A DNA stretch of 47,934 nt from Catajapyx aquilonaris (GCA_000934665.2 JYFJ02002988.1:1-47934), one strand, 5' to 3'. Counted from the first letter of the stretch, positions 27,932 to 41,442 are shown. Notes: a model not told the origin generated them from the sequence alone. Numbers and translations: made by a program.

Positions 27932-30900
27932 CATCTGTAATTCATTGGGGGCGAAATCAGCTCTCTGCATTATATTCAAAAGAATTTTCGTCCTTCGTCA
28001 TGTAAATTGAATGCGAAAGATCAAGAAACCCTGAAAGTCTGGCTGCCTGAAAAAAGCAGAAAGAACCGGATCCAAAGAACTCATCAGGTTATATGTAACT
28101 GACTTGTGCGCAGTATACCTCCCAACTTTTTGCGCGTGTTTCAAAATGCATATACGTATATATACGGTTACGGTGGGGCTTCATTGGTCCTAAAATTGCG
28201 TTTCAGATGTAAGCTATATACGGTTGTCACTCGGCACATGAAATTGGCTTGTCAAATCATTCGGAATATGCGCTCTTGATTAATTCCTATATGTCGTCCT
28301 GGCGAATAGTCGGTGAAAATTGAGTTCAGCGTCCTATATCCTACTGCTTTAATTCTGCATGTTTTCAGGGTTCATTCAGTGTAGAATTAACCTACTGGTC
28401 ATTTAGTCATGAAAGGGTCTACTGAACCATCAATATCACTCATTCTGTCCGCTTCGGGTTATTGGACTTCGGACATGGAAATTAATTTTGCCTTCCCAGA
28501 GGAAACTGGTTTATCAAAATTAGCCTGCCCTGCTCGTCGGATGTAGAGAGTATATACAAGGTATTTCATGGAGTAATTTGATTTGAGTGCTATTTTGTAA
28601 GAAGAGCCACCGTGCGACACACTTTCCAGTTACGTATGGCATGTGCAGAATATTCCTAAAAATATTCACTTCCTCTCGGACTGAGATTCCTTTTGATATT
28701 CTGCGATAAAATTACCGAACTTAGTAACTAAGGACATAATCGCTCGCACATGAATTTTTGACATGCTATACCTGCAGTAGGCCTATAGTGGTTGGATTGA
28801 GGTGTAATACCCCGCAAGATGGGAATTCCACGTTATCAGCGTATAGGCCTATGACTAAACAAAATTTGCTATGCGATTATCTCCGGAATGAATCTGAAAT
28901 TACCGAAAATCAATTAGGGTAAATTTGTCTTGGAATATCGCAAGGAACCTTGGTACGAAAGCAAAAGGATGTGCAAACATTTTGAAATATTTCCTAACTA
29001 ATTTTAATCGTTGCGAACAGTATGCCAGTGTGAAATCAAAGTTAATTTATGTAGACATTATAATTACGAGCGTATCATAACCACTATGCACATGATTCTG
29101 AGCTCTCTCGCCCTCCTCAATTTACATATACTGGCGAGCAAATGTTTTCGCGTTTAATATTAGAGAATGTGTACAGAGTGGGCAACGATGCTATTAGTAT
29201 AGAGCGAGAGGAAAATTTCGGGAAAAATTCTAGGTTATTCTCAAGTGACTGAGCATGCCGAATGACCATAAATCCATTTCTTAGGTGCTCCCCCGTCTGC
29301 TGGTACCTCGGGCAACTCGTACATAAATATTTTTTCTAGGACGTCTGGACAGGCCTTTAGATCATAATAATGCGGAGAATAATACTGTGTGCTGCGCAGT
29401 TTACAAACTTGGTGTGCGATTTCTTTAATCTTGCCTTTTCTTGCAGTGTAAATATATTATGGTTCCTGCCGGTGGTTCTCATAATGAACATAAATGGAAA
29501 AACTTTCTGTTCAAAGTTGAGTCACCTTCTCCCCACTCTTAAATAATAAAAACACAAAAAAATGCCATAATTTCTGATATAGACTACACATGAGATAGCA
29601 CTTTTTACAGTACGGCTAACGTAACACTCTTAACTAGATTTCCAGAGTTTATAGAAAATTTGGACAGATTACATCACAAAATTATCGAAGTATCTTATGA
29701 AGGCCAACTGCATGTACTAATTAGACCAGGGTGATCCAAAATACATGTTCGACTGATGTGGCAAACTGGCAAAAGGGACTTAACTGCTTACAGTGGACTT
29801 AGATAGTTACTGTATAACATTCTGCTCAGAGAGTTACTTACACTCCTAGGGGATTCGTGAGTCTTGCGAGCCCAAGCCTTTAACAAGCGAAGATAAGCAA
29901 TCGTAAACGACCAACATCATGGTCCCCCTTTCTTCGTTAACATGAAATTCAAGAGGACTACCTTGATTTACACAGCAGTTTCCCGTTGAGAATCGTCATC
30001 CTCAGAGGTAGCTCAATTATTCGTAAGGGTATAATATACAGTATTTCACTTTCCACACTTCGGGATTTAATGTAAACATGCTGAAACAATGCACAAGCAT
30101 GATGACCCACGAGTATGTTTCTCTCGTTTTAGCGGTCCCGGAAGTAAGCAGTGCGCTTTTATTATTATTTTGTACGGGACACTTGAGACAACCGAGTTTC
30201 AAGTTTCTGAAAAATTCTAGTGAAAGAAAAGTAGGTTGAATATTTCTATATCATTGGCAGGAAGAATATTCGGTTCTTTCAGGTTTACCTATCACTCCCG
30301 GATGCACGACTCTAATCAAGTTACGAGCTTAGTTGAACTGGGATAGGCACCCGGGATTAAGTCGAAAGTGTAAATATTGACGGGATCGGCTTCACAAGTT
30401 CCCGGAGATAAGTTCATGTCAATACTAGCGTGAAGAGTTTCCGGCAAATATCGGGGATAAAAAATGTAAGCACAAGCCATGCTGCACAGTCTGAGAATTG
30501 ATCGTCAATAAATCGTAAATCCTACTGTAGAAAATTGTAAGTGAACCAATGGCCGATAGGAAGTGCGGACATTTCCCAACACCCTGCATGTGAAGCATGG
30601 TCGATGTGAAGTAAATATACACTGGAGGGAAACGCAGTTGTTCAAGGTCCACAAATAACAGCATTTATTCAGCGACTTTGGAAATACCAACATACGATTC
30701 TAGTAGCTATATATTTTGCCGTATAACAACTCTGAGACGCAATAACATGCTTGTACTGTACCACGCTTGGTAGCTTCGTGTTATTATGGTTGATTTACGT
30801 GCAGTTTTTGTATGAGAAGGTTCTTGAAAGCTCATAGAATATACAGTAGAATTTTTAAAACAATTCAATTTTCTAAGACCATAACAGTATTTTGGACCAA

Positions 30901-32289
30901 ACGAGAACAAGAGGAGAGCATGTGGATGTGATAGAATACTGCTATTCTAGATGAGAGCCTATATTATAAACTCGAGATCGTATACGATAGGGAGTGTATT
31001 ATTCCGATCCTGGACGTTTTTGAGAAATTATTGCCTGTTTATTTTCCCCGAACAGCATATACTTCGCCATTAACTTTTTCAGGAAACGTATAGCTTACCT
31101 CTTTCTCATTATTTTGGCAGCGAATTCCAGTAAAAACTCCCCATTAGAGCGTACTTTTTAAAAATGTAGCTTAATACCATATTACACTTAAATTGGAAAG
31201 ATTTTTTAATAGGCTGCGGCATGTGGCGTTTTATCAATATAATGAAAGCTAAAAGTTAAATATTTGACTGACAACAAAATGTTATTTTAACATTTCGTCA
31301 GACAACAGCTGAACATAAGGACCTTTGGTAGGACATTTAAGTTAAGCATTTTTGTATACTTTATATTATGCAGAAGCATATTTTCTGCGTCTGCAAAGCG
31401 TCAACCACCAAGGGCAGCACATAATTATACCGTCAAAGGCCCCTGACCAGCTCAAAGTGTGCATATGCCAGACATTTTGCCTAACTCGCACGATAGCAAA
31501 CCCTCCCTCATTCCCTTCCATCCTTCCTGATCCCTTCTCTTCTTTTTCGCAAGCCGGCTCAGAAGTTTGCCATAATGCGAAATAATGTGAATAAAATTGG
31601 CTCAGTGCAGGCTGCCCTGATATGCTGCAGCATCTTTTTACACCCTCTGACTCCCAAAGGTGGCTGCGAGCCACATAATTCTTAAATCAGAGTTGATCAC
31701 CTTTGATTCCCCAACACCGTAGCATGCAGTTCGTCGGCGTAGTCTTTATACAAGACCTGTATGTATATGCAAAAGATCAAAAGTTTAAAATTTAAAATAT
31801 GCTTCGAACAGCTACGATTCACTCTATGCCACTGGGTATAACTGGTAAATCACAATATTGGCATGTGGTTATCTGGGATATGCCGCTGCAAATCGGGTTA
31901 TACTGGCAGAACTTATTTACGGCTATGTGACATGTGGTCCAGCCGGGATAAGGTTGTGGCGCTGACATTTTTTGTGAGCTGTCCCATGGGCACTCTATTT
32001 CAGTTTGGTGATTGCAGGAAAAAATCTTCACTGTCGTTGAGAATGAAGGGAGGCTGATGCCATCGACATGTTTGAAATGAGAATAAATAAAAGTGCAGAG
32101 GCTCTTGTAAAGCCTATTTGTTATAAATGCTATAGCATGTGCACGACATGATTATGCAAATATGAGCTTATAAATAAATAAATATTAGCTGTAACATGCA
32201 AAATTTCTAATCGGTCGAAATGACAGACAAATTAACTTGTATTTTAAAATTTATGATGACTGTCGCGATGTTAGCGTGTAGATGTAGAC

Positions 32290-32676
32290 CAGGGATATTC
32301 AACTGGTGGACCGCGGTCCGGATCCGGACCGCGACGTAATTTTGTCCGGACCACGACGATATACCGGACACTTTGAAATCGCATTAGAAATTATTACTAA
32401 TTCATGATTTTTTGGAAAAAGTGCTACCAATTTTATGAAATACACACCCATTCAAATCTCCTACTTTCACCTAAGCTCGTGTGACCTTCAACCCCCCCCC
32501 CCCCCAAAAAATCGCCTTTACGGCTGGTTCACCTTGTGCTAATGAAATGATCCCCCCTCCGAAATTGTTCTGCCTATGCGCCTGTAGCCAGGGAGGGGGG
32601 GGGGGGGGGTCCGGACCTTCAATGGCCCAGGAAAGGTAAATACTGGACCTTGTCATAAACTAGTTGAATACCCCTG
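32290..32676 (+). mobile_element. hAT (Charlie-type) MITE
   Basis: TIRs CAGGGATATTCAACT / AGTTGAATACCCCTG; perfect 8-bp TSD ATGTAGAC at 32282-32289 and 32677-32684. Confidence 0.9.
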
Positions 32677-35600
32677 ATGTAGACTATTAAGACATAAAAT
32701 GCAGAAAATAAATTACGATGGTTGGAAAGTACTGTAACAACTTTCGTTACCGTTACCATACTTTGACCCTTTAGGAAATAATGACCCATATACTCGTACA
32801 GCAATTTACGCTCCATTTATGCTATATATTCACGCGTGCAATATTGATTATGAAAATAACGAAAACGATGTGGGTTGCTATTTGATTAATGTATTTTAGT
32901 GCAAATTTTTAGTTAAATGTCACTTTGTGCGAATATTATGAACACTTGAAGACTTACTTTATACCTGCTAGAATTTTGCGGAAGTCCATTACATATTGCA
33001 TGTTACTGTATCCTTTGGTTCACAATACTCGGACGTAGGGAGACAGGACGCGAGTGAGAGAGCTTGTCGCTTTCAATCTACATGATTCACACTTTAACTA
33101 TCGATCTCTTTCGCAGAATGAAGAGAGGAAGTGAGGAGGGAGGGTGGGTTGGAACCCTACAGCTTGGTTTTTTTGAAAGTTGTGCCATTTTTCAAACACC
33201 GACCGAACGAAACACTTTCATTTCCCCCCGATTCAACGTATAGCAGAAGGTGAGTTCAGTCAACTTCAGCAGATCGATCATTCCAGCCTCTATGCGGTGT
33301 TAAGTCCCATCATTATCTTCCATAAAGTTACTTATGGCCGGCATTAAAGTATCCGCAAATGACCTGTTACACCCGCATTAAAAATAATTTGATATACCCT
33401 TACCGAAAGCCGCGTGTTTTCAAATGCGAATTTTGCACCTATTTTATAAATAGAACGTGTGTGAAGCATGATCCTAGCTTAACACTCAAATTGCGTTGGA
33501 TATGAAAGCGGGCACGTATACCTATTTTTTTGTGGTATGCTCGAGCGTGAAACTTTTCCACAATATGTATGATAATCCGTGCGGCTGACCCGACGCGACG
33601 CATATTACAATATAAGACAAGACAGATGGGTATCCAGCTGGAGGGGCAGTGATCGTACTTTGTAAATCGGAAAGTCAGGCTGGTGCAAATTCCCGTTGGA
33701 GAAATTGAATGTCTTGGTAAATGGAAGGAAGAAATGGCGCCGAGAAGAATTCGGAGAAAAGGGGTTGTTGGCAAATGGCCGTTTTGTGGCCTCGGTTCTG
33801 CTCACTAAGCAACTTCCTTCATTCAACTAGGCAGGTTTATTTCCTGCGGAATTTCCCCCGGCCAAGTCTGCTTGCTTCACGGGGAAATGCGATCGGACAA
33901 AAGTCTCGAGAAAAGGAAAAAAAAAAAAAAAAGCGTAAGAGACCTGCATCTATATGCGGTTCACACTTCCAAAAACTAGTCCCTGGTCTTAGGGTATGCT
34001 TGGAGTCCCTGCGCTGGAGAAGACTTATCAAAGGCGCTTCCAAGCATAACTACCCATCGCCTGCGAGCTATCAAGTCGTAAAATCCTATTATTCTGCTTT
34101 TCCTACTTCATGGACTAATCTACTCAGAATGAAGTGTCCCATTTACGGGATTATGGGCTAAAAATCGGCGTTACGAGTCTATACAGACCGTTCAAGCAGC
34201 ATCCAAATTTGCCTATTAAGCACCCAAATGCGATGCACGAAGATGAAGTATGACTTTGGCGTAAATCCTACCTGTAAGCGGTGCGAGCGAGGCGTAATTA
34301 AAGGCATGATGTGGTGTTACTTTATATTACTAGACGGGTTCTATACACTTCAGCTTGATGATGGCGACGTTCAGTGGGCATATCATTTCACTTCAAAGGA
34401 CGTTATTAATGTTTCATACAAAGTGTGACGCTCGTGGAAGGTGGGGAAGGACATGACAATAAATTCTGGCTATTCTGTCCAATAATGGCGGCAACTTCTG
34501 AGAGTTTTCTAATACAACTGATGCCTTCAGATCTCTTGGTATTATAGCACTTCACGGATTGAAATGCAAAATATATAGGCATGCGTGCCATTGTCGGTCG
34601 CGATAACAACTCCGAGGCTGCATGTTCAAAAGAAATAGTGCGCCTTGATGTTGTGCAACATTTCTGAAAGGACTTTTATGACCGATAGAGGCTTTTCGAT
34701 TAACTGTAGAGTGTAGAGATTTGCAATTCGGTTTTCAAACATCTGCATGCACACTCTTTAATTACTTCGGTGCAATTTACAAGTGCGATGTAGTGGCCTG
34801 ATTACAGTAATAACTCTGATGGGAGTACTTCGACGATTAACAGCACTCATTAAAACGCTGTTATTTGGAACTAATATACTGCACTTGTAGTCCTTGCCAC
34901 ATAATACGATGCACAGCACTCGCAAGTAATTATTACCGCGTAATATTCATAAGCATTTTTGGAACGGAAATAATTATTACAGAAAATTCGAAATAATGTA
35001 CTGCAGCAATATGATGATCTCATATGAGTACAGTGCATTTTCTTGACGATGTTCCATCACAGCATGTCACGTTTTAGTCAGATTATTCCCTTTGTACGTT
35101 GCTATATCTAGTTCGTTCATTTGAATGAAAATAATATAAATATTATTTATAAATTGGAACAAAAACTCATATACTACGCCTGTTTGATTAGTTTTGTCCA
35201 AGTTTATCTGTTCTTTTCTATGCTTAGTAGTATAACAACAATTTTGAGTTCGTAATTAACTGAATAAATAAAATACGGTAGGCGCGTTTCGAAGGGAAAC
35301 TTTATTTCTTTGTCTGAAAAATCACGAATAAGGTGCCCTGCGCAAAGGTTTGGCCTTTACAATGGTACCATACTCGGTATTATTGCATTAAAATTGTGGA
35401 CATACAGGTACTCGTACAGGCGCAGAAGCGTGCCCTACTTTGTTGCGTTTCCTGCCGCCATGTTACTATTCAAATGGGCTTTTCGGGAACGCCATTTTCC
35501 TCTCACTTCAACTCGATGAAAAGGTCATTTCTAGGCCGAAAATGGAAAAAAGACGAATAAGGTGCCCTGCGCCAGATCATCTACTATTTTTGGTGCAATT

Positions 35601-35944
35601 TTTGTATCGATTGCACCATATTTGCGGCCGTACGGCCGCAGACGCGTAGACATGTCGAATCCCCATATGCTGCATATGCATATAAGCGAGTTTATTTGGG
35701 TCGCAGTCGTCTAGTAAATGTTTTCTGTGGCTTCTTTCTTGATTTTCCGCAAAATAGACTTCGGTGGAACTTTCACAATGAGCATGAGCGTGGGTATCCG
35801 AAATTAGTCTGAACAGCCTGTAGGTATCAAAAATGAGGAACTTTCCACTCTGGCATCGACAAGTTGCAGCATGATGTCGCTACTTTAAAACATGTAAATA
35901 AACAGTGTAAGCAACATTATAGTGTAAAATAAATTATTTAATAA

Positions 35945-36160
35945 CAGCTTAATTGCTGGGAACTGCTCGTCAATACTAGCATGGGCTACAGTCCATGCGT
36001 TTAAAAACAAAACTGTGTCAAAGGTCGTATAATGCACAGCTGTTTGCAACAGTGCTGCCATAAGCTCACCAATTCCATCTTCGTGACATTTTCCCACTGT
36101 CGCCAGAAATGCAACACATTACCACTGAGAATTGGGCTGAGAATTAGGCGCATGATCGAA
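35945..36160 (-). pseudogene. Possible highly decayed piggyBac (PGBD) transposase fragment
   Basis: Minus strand gives ...NVLHF...KQLCIIRPL then, after a frameshift, LNAWTVAHASIDEQFPAIK, the same order as piggyBac motifs LHF / KIRPL / SIDE. Short and frameshifted. Confidence 0.3.
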
Positions 36161-37027
36161 ATATGGACACTTTCCCCTAAAGAAACAGAAGAAACTCGCA
36201 GTGAATTGCAAGTGAAACTACTCACAAATTATATAAAATAAATCATTTCTCTGAAATGTATACTTCAAATCTGCTGGAGAAACAATAACGCAAATATTTC
36301 TTGCAATATTACCATTACTGTCATTGTATCTGTGCTACTCTGGTTCAAGAGCAAACCGAAAGCAAAAAAAAGGAGAGCTATTGAGCTCCTGGCGAGGGTT
36401 CTCACCCCTTTTTTTCTTGTTTGCGGACCTCTGCAGCGATGCCTTATGTCACTCCGCTCCTCCCAGTCTATACACTCGTCCAAAAAGAGTAAAAGAAAGA
36501 GGACCAATTCGCGAAATTGGTAATGATTATTTTGTGAGGGCATGGATAACCTTAGCGAAGAACTGAGGTGTTTGCTTTCAAGGCCAGAGGTGAATGTAAC
36601 TGCCGTAACCTCTCGCCTGACTTTGGAGTGCTTTATTTTTAACACTTTTACGTATCAGAGCGGCCTTAGTAAAACCGATCCAGAAGTGCAAAATATCGCA
36701 GAAAGTGAATTTTTTTCTCGGCAGAATCCTACCCGCTATACCTGCCTGAACATCAACAGAGTTTCTGTGTTTCTCCACATAGACACACTCTTCAACGACT
36801 GTGCCTCCACGGGCTTCCAGTGTGCAATGCTTTGATGCAGTACGACAGTATTGCATAAGTGTATTTTCCGACATATATTTTCTGTACCACAATTTCATTT
36901 TCAGGCCGCTCGAAAATGATATACGCGCACTTTTCTTGATGCACTATTACCATTTTCGTAATTTATAGTTGAGATTACGGTTCATAAATATATGGACGCA
37001 TTTAATTATGTTTGTTACTGTCTAGAC

Positions 37028-37254
37028 CAGTGGTTTCCAACCTGGGGGTCGCGGGCAGGGTCGCGAGCAGGGTCGCAAGCCTTTGTTCAACTTTTTTTGG
37101 GGGGCAATTTCTGTGTAAATTGAACAATTTTTGCGGCCGTACAGAGTGTATGTTTTCTGGAAATGGGGAAGTTGTAGAAGGGGCCNGGGGGGGGTCGCAC
37201 ATTTATGGAAACATGTTTAGGGGGTCGTAGTTGGTAAAAGGTTGGAAACCACTG
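37028..37254. mobile_element. hAT (Charlie-type) MITE
   Basis: TIRs CAGTGGTTTCCAACCT / AGGTTGGAAACCACTG; perfect 8-bp TSD GTCTAGAC; internal GGGTCGC repeats. Confidence 0.92.
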
Positions 37255-38527
37255 GTCTAGACTTTAGAGTAATTTGGCCATGTGACATTAGGCTATCGTT
37301 TAAAGTAAGGTGGCCGAATGAACCGAGGAATGAACGTGTCGTACCTTGGCGTGTAATCTTAGTATTTAGTTACGAAACCTGCAGTTCTGTTGAACTGGAT
37401 GACTGAGCACTTATTCGTCGTTGTCGGCCAGATGGCTTATTTATAGCCACTCAGACAACAAGTTGTTTAATTGAAATTTATGGGGCCTCGTATTGAGAAG
37501 CGAGCGTAATAAAAGGCATGAAAGGGGAAGTGCATTTGCTTCTGACTGCTGCTGCTGGGACGGTCGTCAATACATTGAGGTCTTGACCTCGTCCTTAATA
37601 GCGAATCTTGTGTCAAAGAAATTCATGCGTCAACATCGACCCATAGTCAATTTCTACTGTACTTGAAGAAGTGGAAAAATTGCTCTTTTCCTTGCACTTA
37701 TTTCAATTCCACTTTAAATCCGCTAATTTCCAGTGAAATAGCCTTTTCCACTTAAAATATAGTACTCTTTCTGCAAATGTTTTTCTATATTATAACATAA
37801 ACGATACTCTATGGGACAAATTCAATTGTAAATGACAGAATATTTAAGCAAAAATCAAAATAGGCGTTTACAAATTAATTTATGAAATGAAAATGACATG
37901 ATAGTAGTCTTTATAATGCCTCATCAAGAAGTGTAAGTGGGCAATTCTTTGCATATTAATTTTCTTTTTATGTTAATCTCTTAATTGCTTATGTGAAAAA
38001 TTCTTCCATTTATTTATTGTGTAAATGGTTAATCCTTATCCACTTTAAGTTGAAATTCCTTGCACGTATTCCGTGTGTAAATTGAAAAACTTTCTAAGTG
38101 GAAAGGTGCTAAGAGTGTGCTCTCCACCAAACACTATCCTTAGATTCAAGTGACTCTTATTGAAAATGATAACAGTGACTTTGCCACTATGCACATACGT
38201 GTAAATGAGGGAAGATAATAATATCCTATCAGCTCTCGACCGTCATTCATTAACCTTTTTCCGGGTATGCAGTGTTCCAGGAAGCAATTATCGCCAGACG
38301 CAACGTACTAGGTATAATTTGTCACGAATTATCGGCTTATGTGTGAAAGGGAAGCCAGAACACCGTCATTAATCCCGTAATGTTTGCACGGCAGATGCGG
38401 CTGCTGTAATTATTTTTGTGCGGAATGGCCGTGTTATTGAAAACCAGCCTCGCTCGATGTGGCAAATATTGTGCCGCATTGACTCGAACAACACTTACCA
38501 TTACAATTTCATCTTTCATTTTTTCAG

Positions 38528-38676
38528 AAAACCCGTGGGGCTGCGTGTTGGACATGAGTTGGGTGGCCGATTGGGAAGAAGGGCCTCTGGAGAGGACTTT
38601 TGCAAAAGCGAACCAGACCACCTGTAATGGTACCCACGCAGGGAAGCCTCTTCTTCCGGCGATGAAACTTGTCAAA
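38528..38676 (+). CDS. swi2: swi2-like LRR protein, exon 3 (LRRCT: ENPWGC...TCNGTHAGKPLLPAMKLVK)
   Basis: Pyrimidine-rich acceptor TTTTTTCAG|, phase 1; donor AAA|GTAAGA, phase 0. Confidence 0.9.
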
Positions 38677-39618
38677 GTAAGAATAAAGAACTGAGTTTGC
38701 TCAGGCATTTTTTTAAAAAAGGAGAGAGACGTTTGAGATGGCAATTCTCTTCAGCTGTGAAAACCCCGCGAGACATGAGCAGTTGTCTTGGGAATTTTGC
38801 TCCAAATTTTCCGAATCAGAGTGTAACGCGTGCCAATATTCTCAGGGGAACGTTGCCGTAATTGGACCACTTGCTTTTGAAGATGCGACTGGGAAATATG
38901 ACATGGGGAGAAAGGTTTTTATCATTTCTATTCTAACAGTGCCATTTGTTGGCCTCTTCATTTGAACCTTGGCTGGAGTTTGAACCACAGTCATCAGGAC
39001 CTTGATCCTCATCGGCTCTGCCGTCTCTTTTATTACGGTATACCATGATGTGTTCAATTGAGGTGTCCGTTTCATGGATGAGTTATTTTAAGACTTATCA
39101 CAGTATTATCTGCTAATGCAGGCGCACATTAGCACTGTGGAAAGGGGGTTCTAGCCTGAGGAAAAAGGGTGCACTTTCAGCCATTGATCTCAGATGTCAA
39201 TACGTCAAAATGGATCAATCGCAATGCCTTACACTCGAAAATTCGTTGCAATTCAGAGTTTGAATGAATCCATTTACTCAACCTAATAACTTATTAGAAG
39301 CTAATATTTTCTACAGTATGACTAACCTTACGGTCTACGAATTTAACTGATTAATAATATGAAGCTCAGTGTGAGAAAATCATTATTTGAAACTAACACT
39401 TCAACTTGAGCACATAGCATAAAATGTTGCCAATTTTAATGCACCATACGGATATACACAGGGCAACATTTTCATGAAATTGATTTAAACTACTCTCCTC
39501 GCAGTGGTCGGAGTTGACGGTACACAGTTGTGGCGATTCGTTCGATGTTCCTGTATATTCATAGTTATGTCTGCTGAAGTACTATATTTCATTAACGAGA
39601 GATTTTTCCTCCTGCCAG

Positions 39619-39966
39619 AAAATGTTAGAGGAATGTCCCAGAAAGGCCCCACACAACTGCACTTGTGACGTGTCCAAGTTCACCACAACTGACGACGGAC
39701 TGCGCTTTTCTATTGTGGTCAACTGCAGCAACCGGAACTTGGAGGCCTTTCCGGACTACTTGCCTACAGACACCTTGGGCATCATCCTCGACATGAGCAA
39801 CAACCGCATCAGTCAACTGAAACCGCTGGTCAGCAACGCCTACTACCAGAGTGTGATCGATCTGTACCTGGACAACAACCTGGTCGAGTCCATCAACCCT
39901 CTGGAAGGATCCGAGTGGTTCTACAAATTCAGGCTTTTGAGTTTGAGAGGGAATCGCCTTACACAA
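39619..39966 (+). CDS. swi2: swi2-like LRR protein, exon 4 (second LRRNT and LRR block)
   Basis: CCTGCCAG| KMLEECPRKAPHNCTC...VNCSNRNL...YQSVIDLYLDNNLVESINPLEGSEWFYKFRLLSLRGNRLTQ |GTGAGT; 116 codons. Confidence 0.95.
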
Positions 39967-40031
39967 GTGAGTTATGATGAGGAGCCTAGAGAGAGGTAAA
40001 CAGAATTTTGTTTCTCGACCATTTGTTGCAG

Positions 40032-40139
40032 GTGCCCACTTACGCGCTGGATGATGTCATCAGGCGGAATGATGTATGCCGCATGTTTCTAGGCAGAAAC
40101 CCGTGGAAATGTGACTGTGCAACCACTCCAAACTTTTGG
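40032..40139 (+). CDS. swi2: swi2-like LRR protein, exon 5 (VPTYALD...LGRNPWKCDC)
   Basis: 65-bp intron upstream; TTGCAG| acceptor, |GTGAGT donor; 36 codons; LRRCT motif NPWxCDC. Confidence 0.93.
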
Positions 40140-40632
40140 GTGAGTTCACTTTATACTGTGGACCGTGGAAATGAAACTGGCCCACCCAAACTCACGCAAA
40201 CTTACGATTTAGCTTGAGCCGACTGTACTGTACTAATATTATGGGCTGTAGATGCCTATATATACGAATCAAACGTGGTAGAGTCCAAAGCCCATAACTA
40301 GTATCAACCGAATTTCCAGGTGTGGTGTTCGTGAAGCATTTAGTGAATTTTTTTTCTGTTTCAATTTCGTCCAAAATAGTCATGTTGATGGACAGCGACA
40401 CCTTTAGTTGGAATTATCTTTTGTATGATACACCTACATCCATATCTGAAGACAATTTACGTGGTTTCTGCTGAAGTGTAAGCTGAAATCAAGTACATCC
40501 AGATTCCGACCAGACTCCAAGGTGATGACTTAGAATCCATTTGCATACACCCCTAAGCGAACTTGTCGCATTCATTTGTCACGCTTGGGTCAGTGCCGAA
40601 TCAAGTGCGAGAGAGGGAAGGGTAGGAAGGTG

Positions 40633-40635
<3 letters not shown>

Positions 40636-40687
<52 letters not shown>
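40636..40687. repeat. (GA)n microsatellite
   Basis: Direct inspection. Confidence 0.95.
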
Positions 40688-40689
<2 letters not shown>

Positions 40690-40796
40690 GAAACGTCGAA
40701 GAATGTGATAGCTGAGTAGCTCATGCAGTCTTCTTCACTGGGTAAATCCCCGGAGGTGAAGCCTTCCTTAACAAGAGAACCATTCATTCCTTGCAG

Positions 40797-40886
40797 GCCT
40801 GGCTGATCAAGTACCAAGCTCTCGTCAAAGACATGGATGACATTCGTTGCGCCGAAGTGGAAGGTGATGGAAACTCAAACAAGCAG
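40797..40886 (+). CDS. swi2: swi2-like LRR protein, exon 6 (AWLIKYQALVKDMDDIRCAEVEGDGNSNKQ)
   Basis: CCTTGCAG| acceptor, CAG|GTAATG donor; 30 codons; continues the LRRCT. Confidence 0.92.
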
Positions 40887-41191
40887 GTAATGTTACACAC
40901 CAATGAATCTGGATGTCTTATACCAATCGTGACAAAGCAAAAGCTTTTAACTCCAGCTGTAACCTACGCCCAGCATGAGCGATGCTGTATCTTACTCATG
41001 GTTGCATTAATTCAATCGAGGGCTTCAGTTTAAAGTTAATTTCAAATCGAAAGTACTTCTGTATAAATTCATTCCCTCGAATAAATGTCTTGGAATATAG
41101 GCAACTGATCTCTAGAAAACATTTTAGCTAGTAACACTGCAATAATTTTGATTTATAAGAGTTCAGTGCACGGTCGAGGAGTGAGTGTGTG

Positions 41192-41442
41192 GACGCGTCT
41201 TGCTATCCTTGTGAGGAATTTTTTCGCGTTTTTCCTATCCTTGTGAGGAATTTTGTCATTACGAGGTAGTTTTCCTGTACCTCATAGTGAACACACGCCT
41301 CACAAGGATAGGGAAAAATCGAAAAATACCTCATAAAGACAGTAAAAATATATTTCACCAAATTTCGTGTGTTTCCTTGTAGGTTAGGTTAGTTTTAAAT
41401 TTAAAATTTTGGAAAAACCTCACAAGGATAGGAATACGCGCC
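41192..41442. mobile_element. TIR element in a TG-rich tract with a short internal TTAGG array
   Basis: TIRs GACGCGTCTTGCTATCCTTGTGAGG / CCTCACAAGGATAGGAATACGCGCC; internal copies of CTATCCTTGTGAGG in both orientations; TAGGTTAGGTTAG near 41379; GTGTG flanks. Confidence 0.8.

Larger units (their letters stand above)
7822..38527 (+). other. 30.7-kb intron 2 of the swi2-like gene
   Basis: GT...TTTTCAG. Joining G+AA gives LDIS-E-NPWGC, a canonical LRR-to-LRRCT junction, so no coding exon is required inside. Confidence 0.85.
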
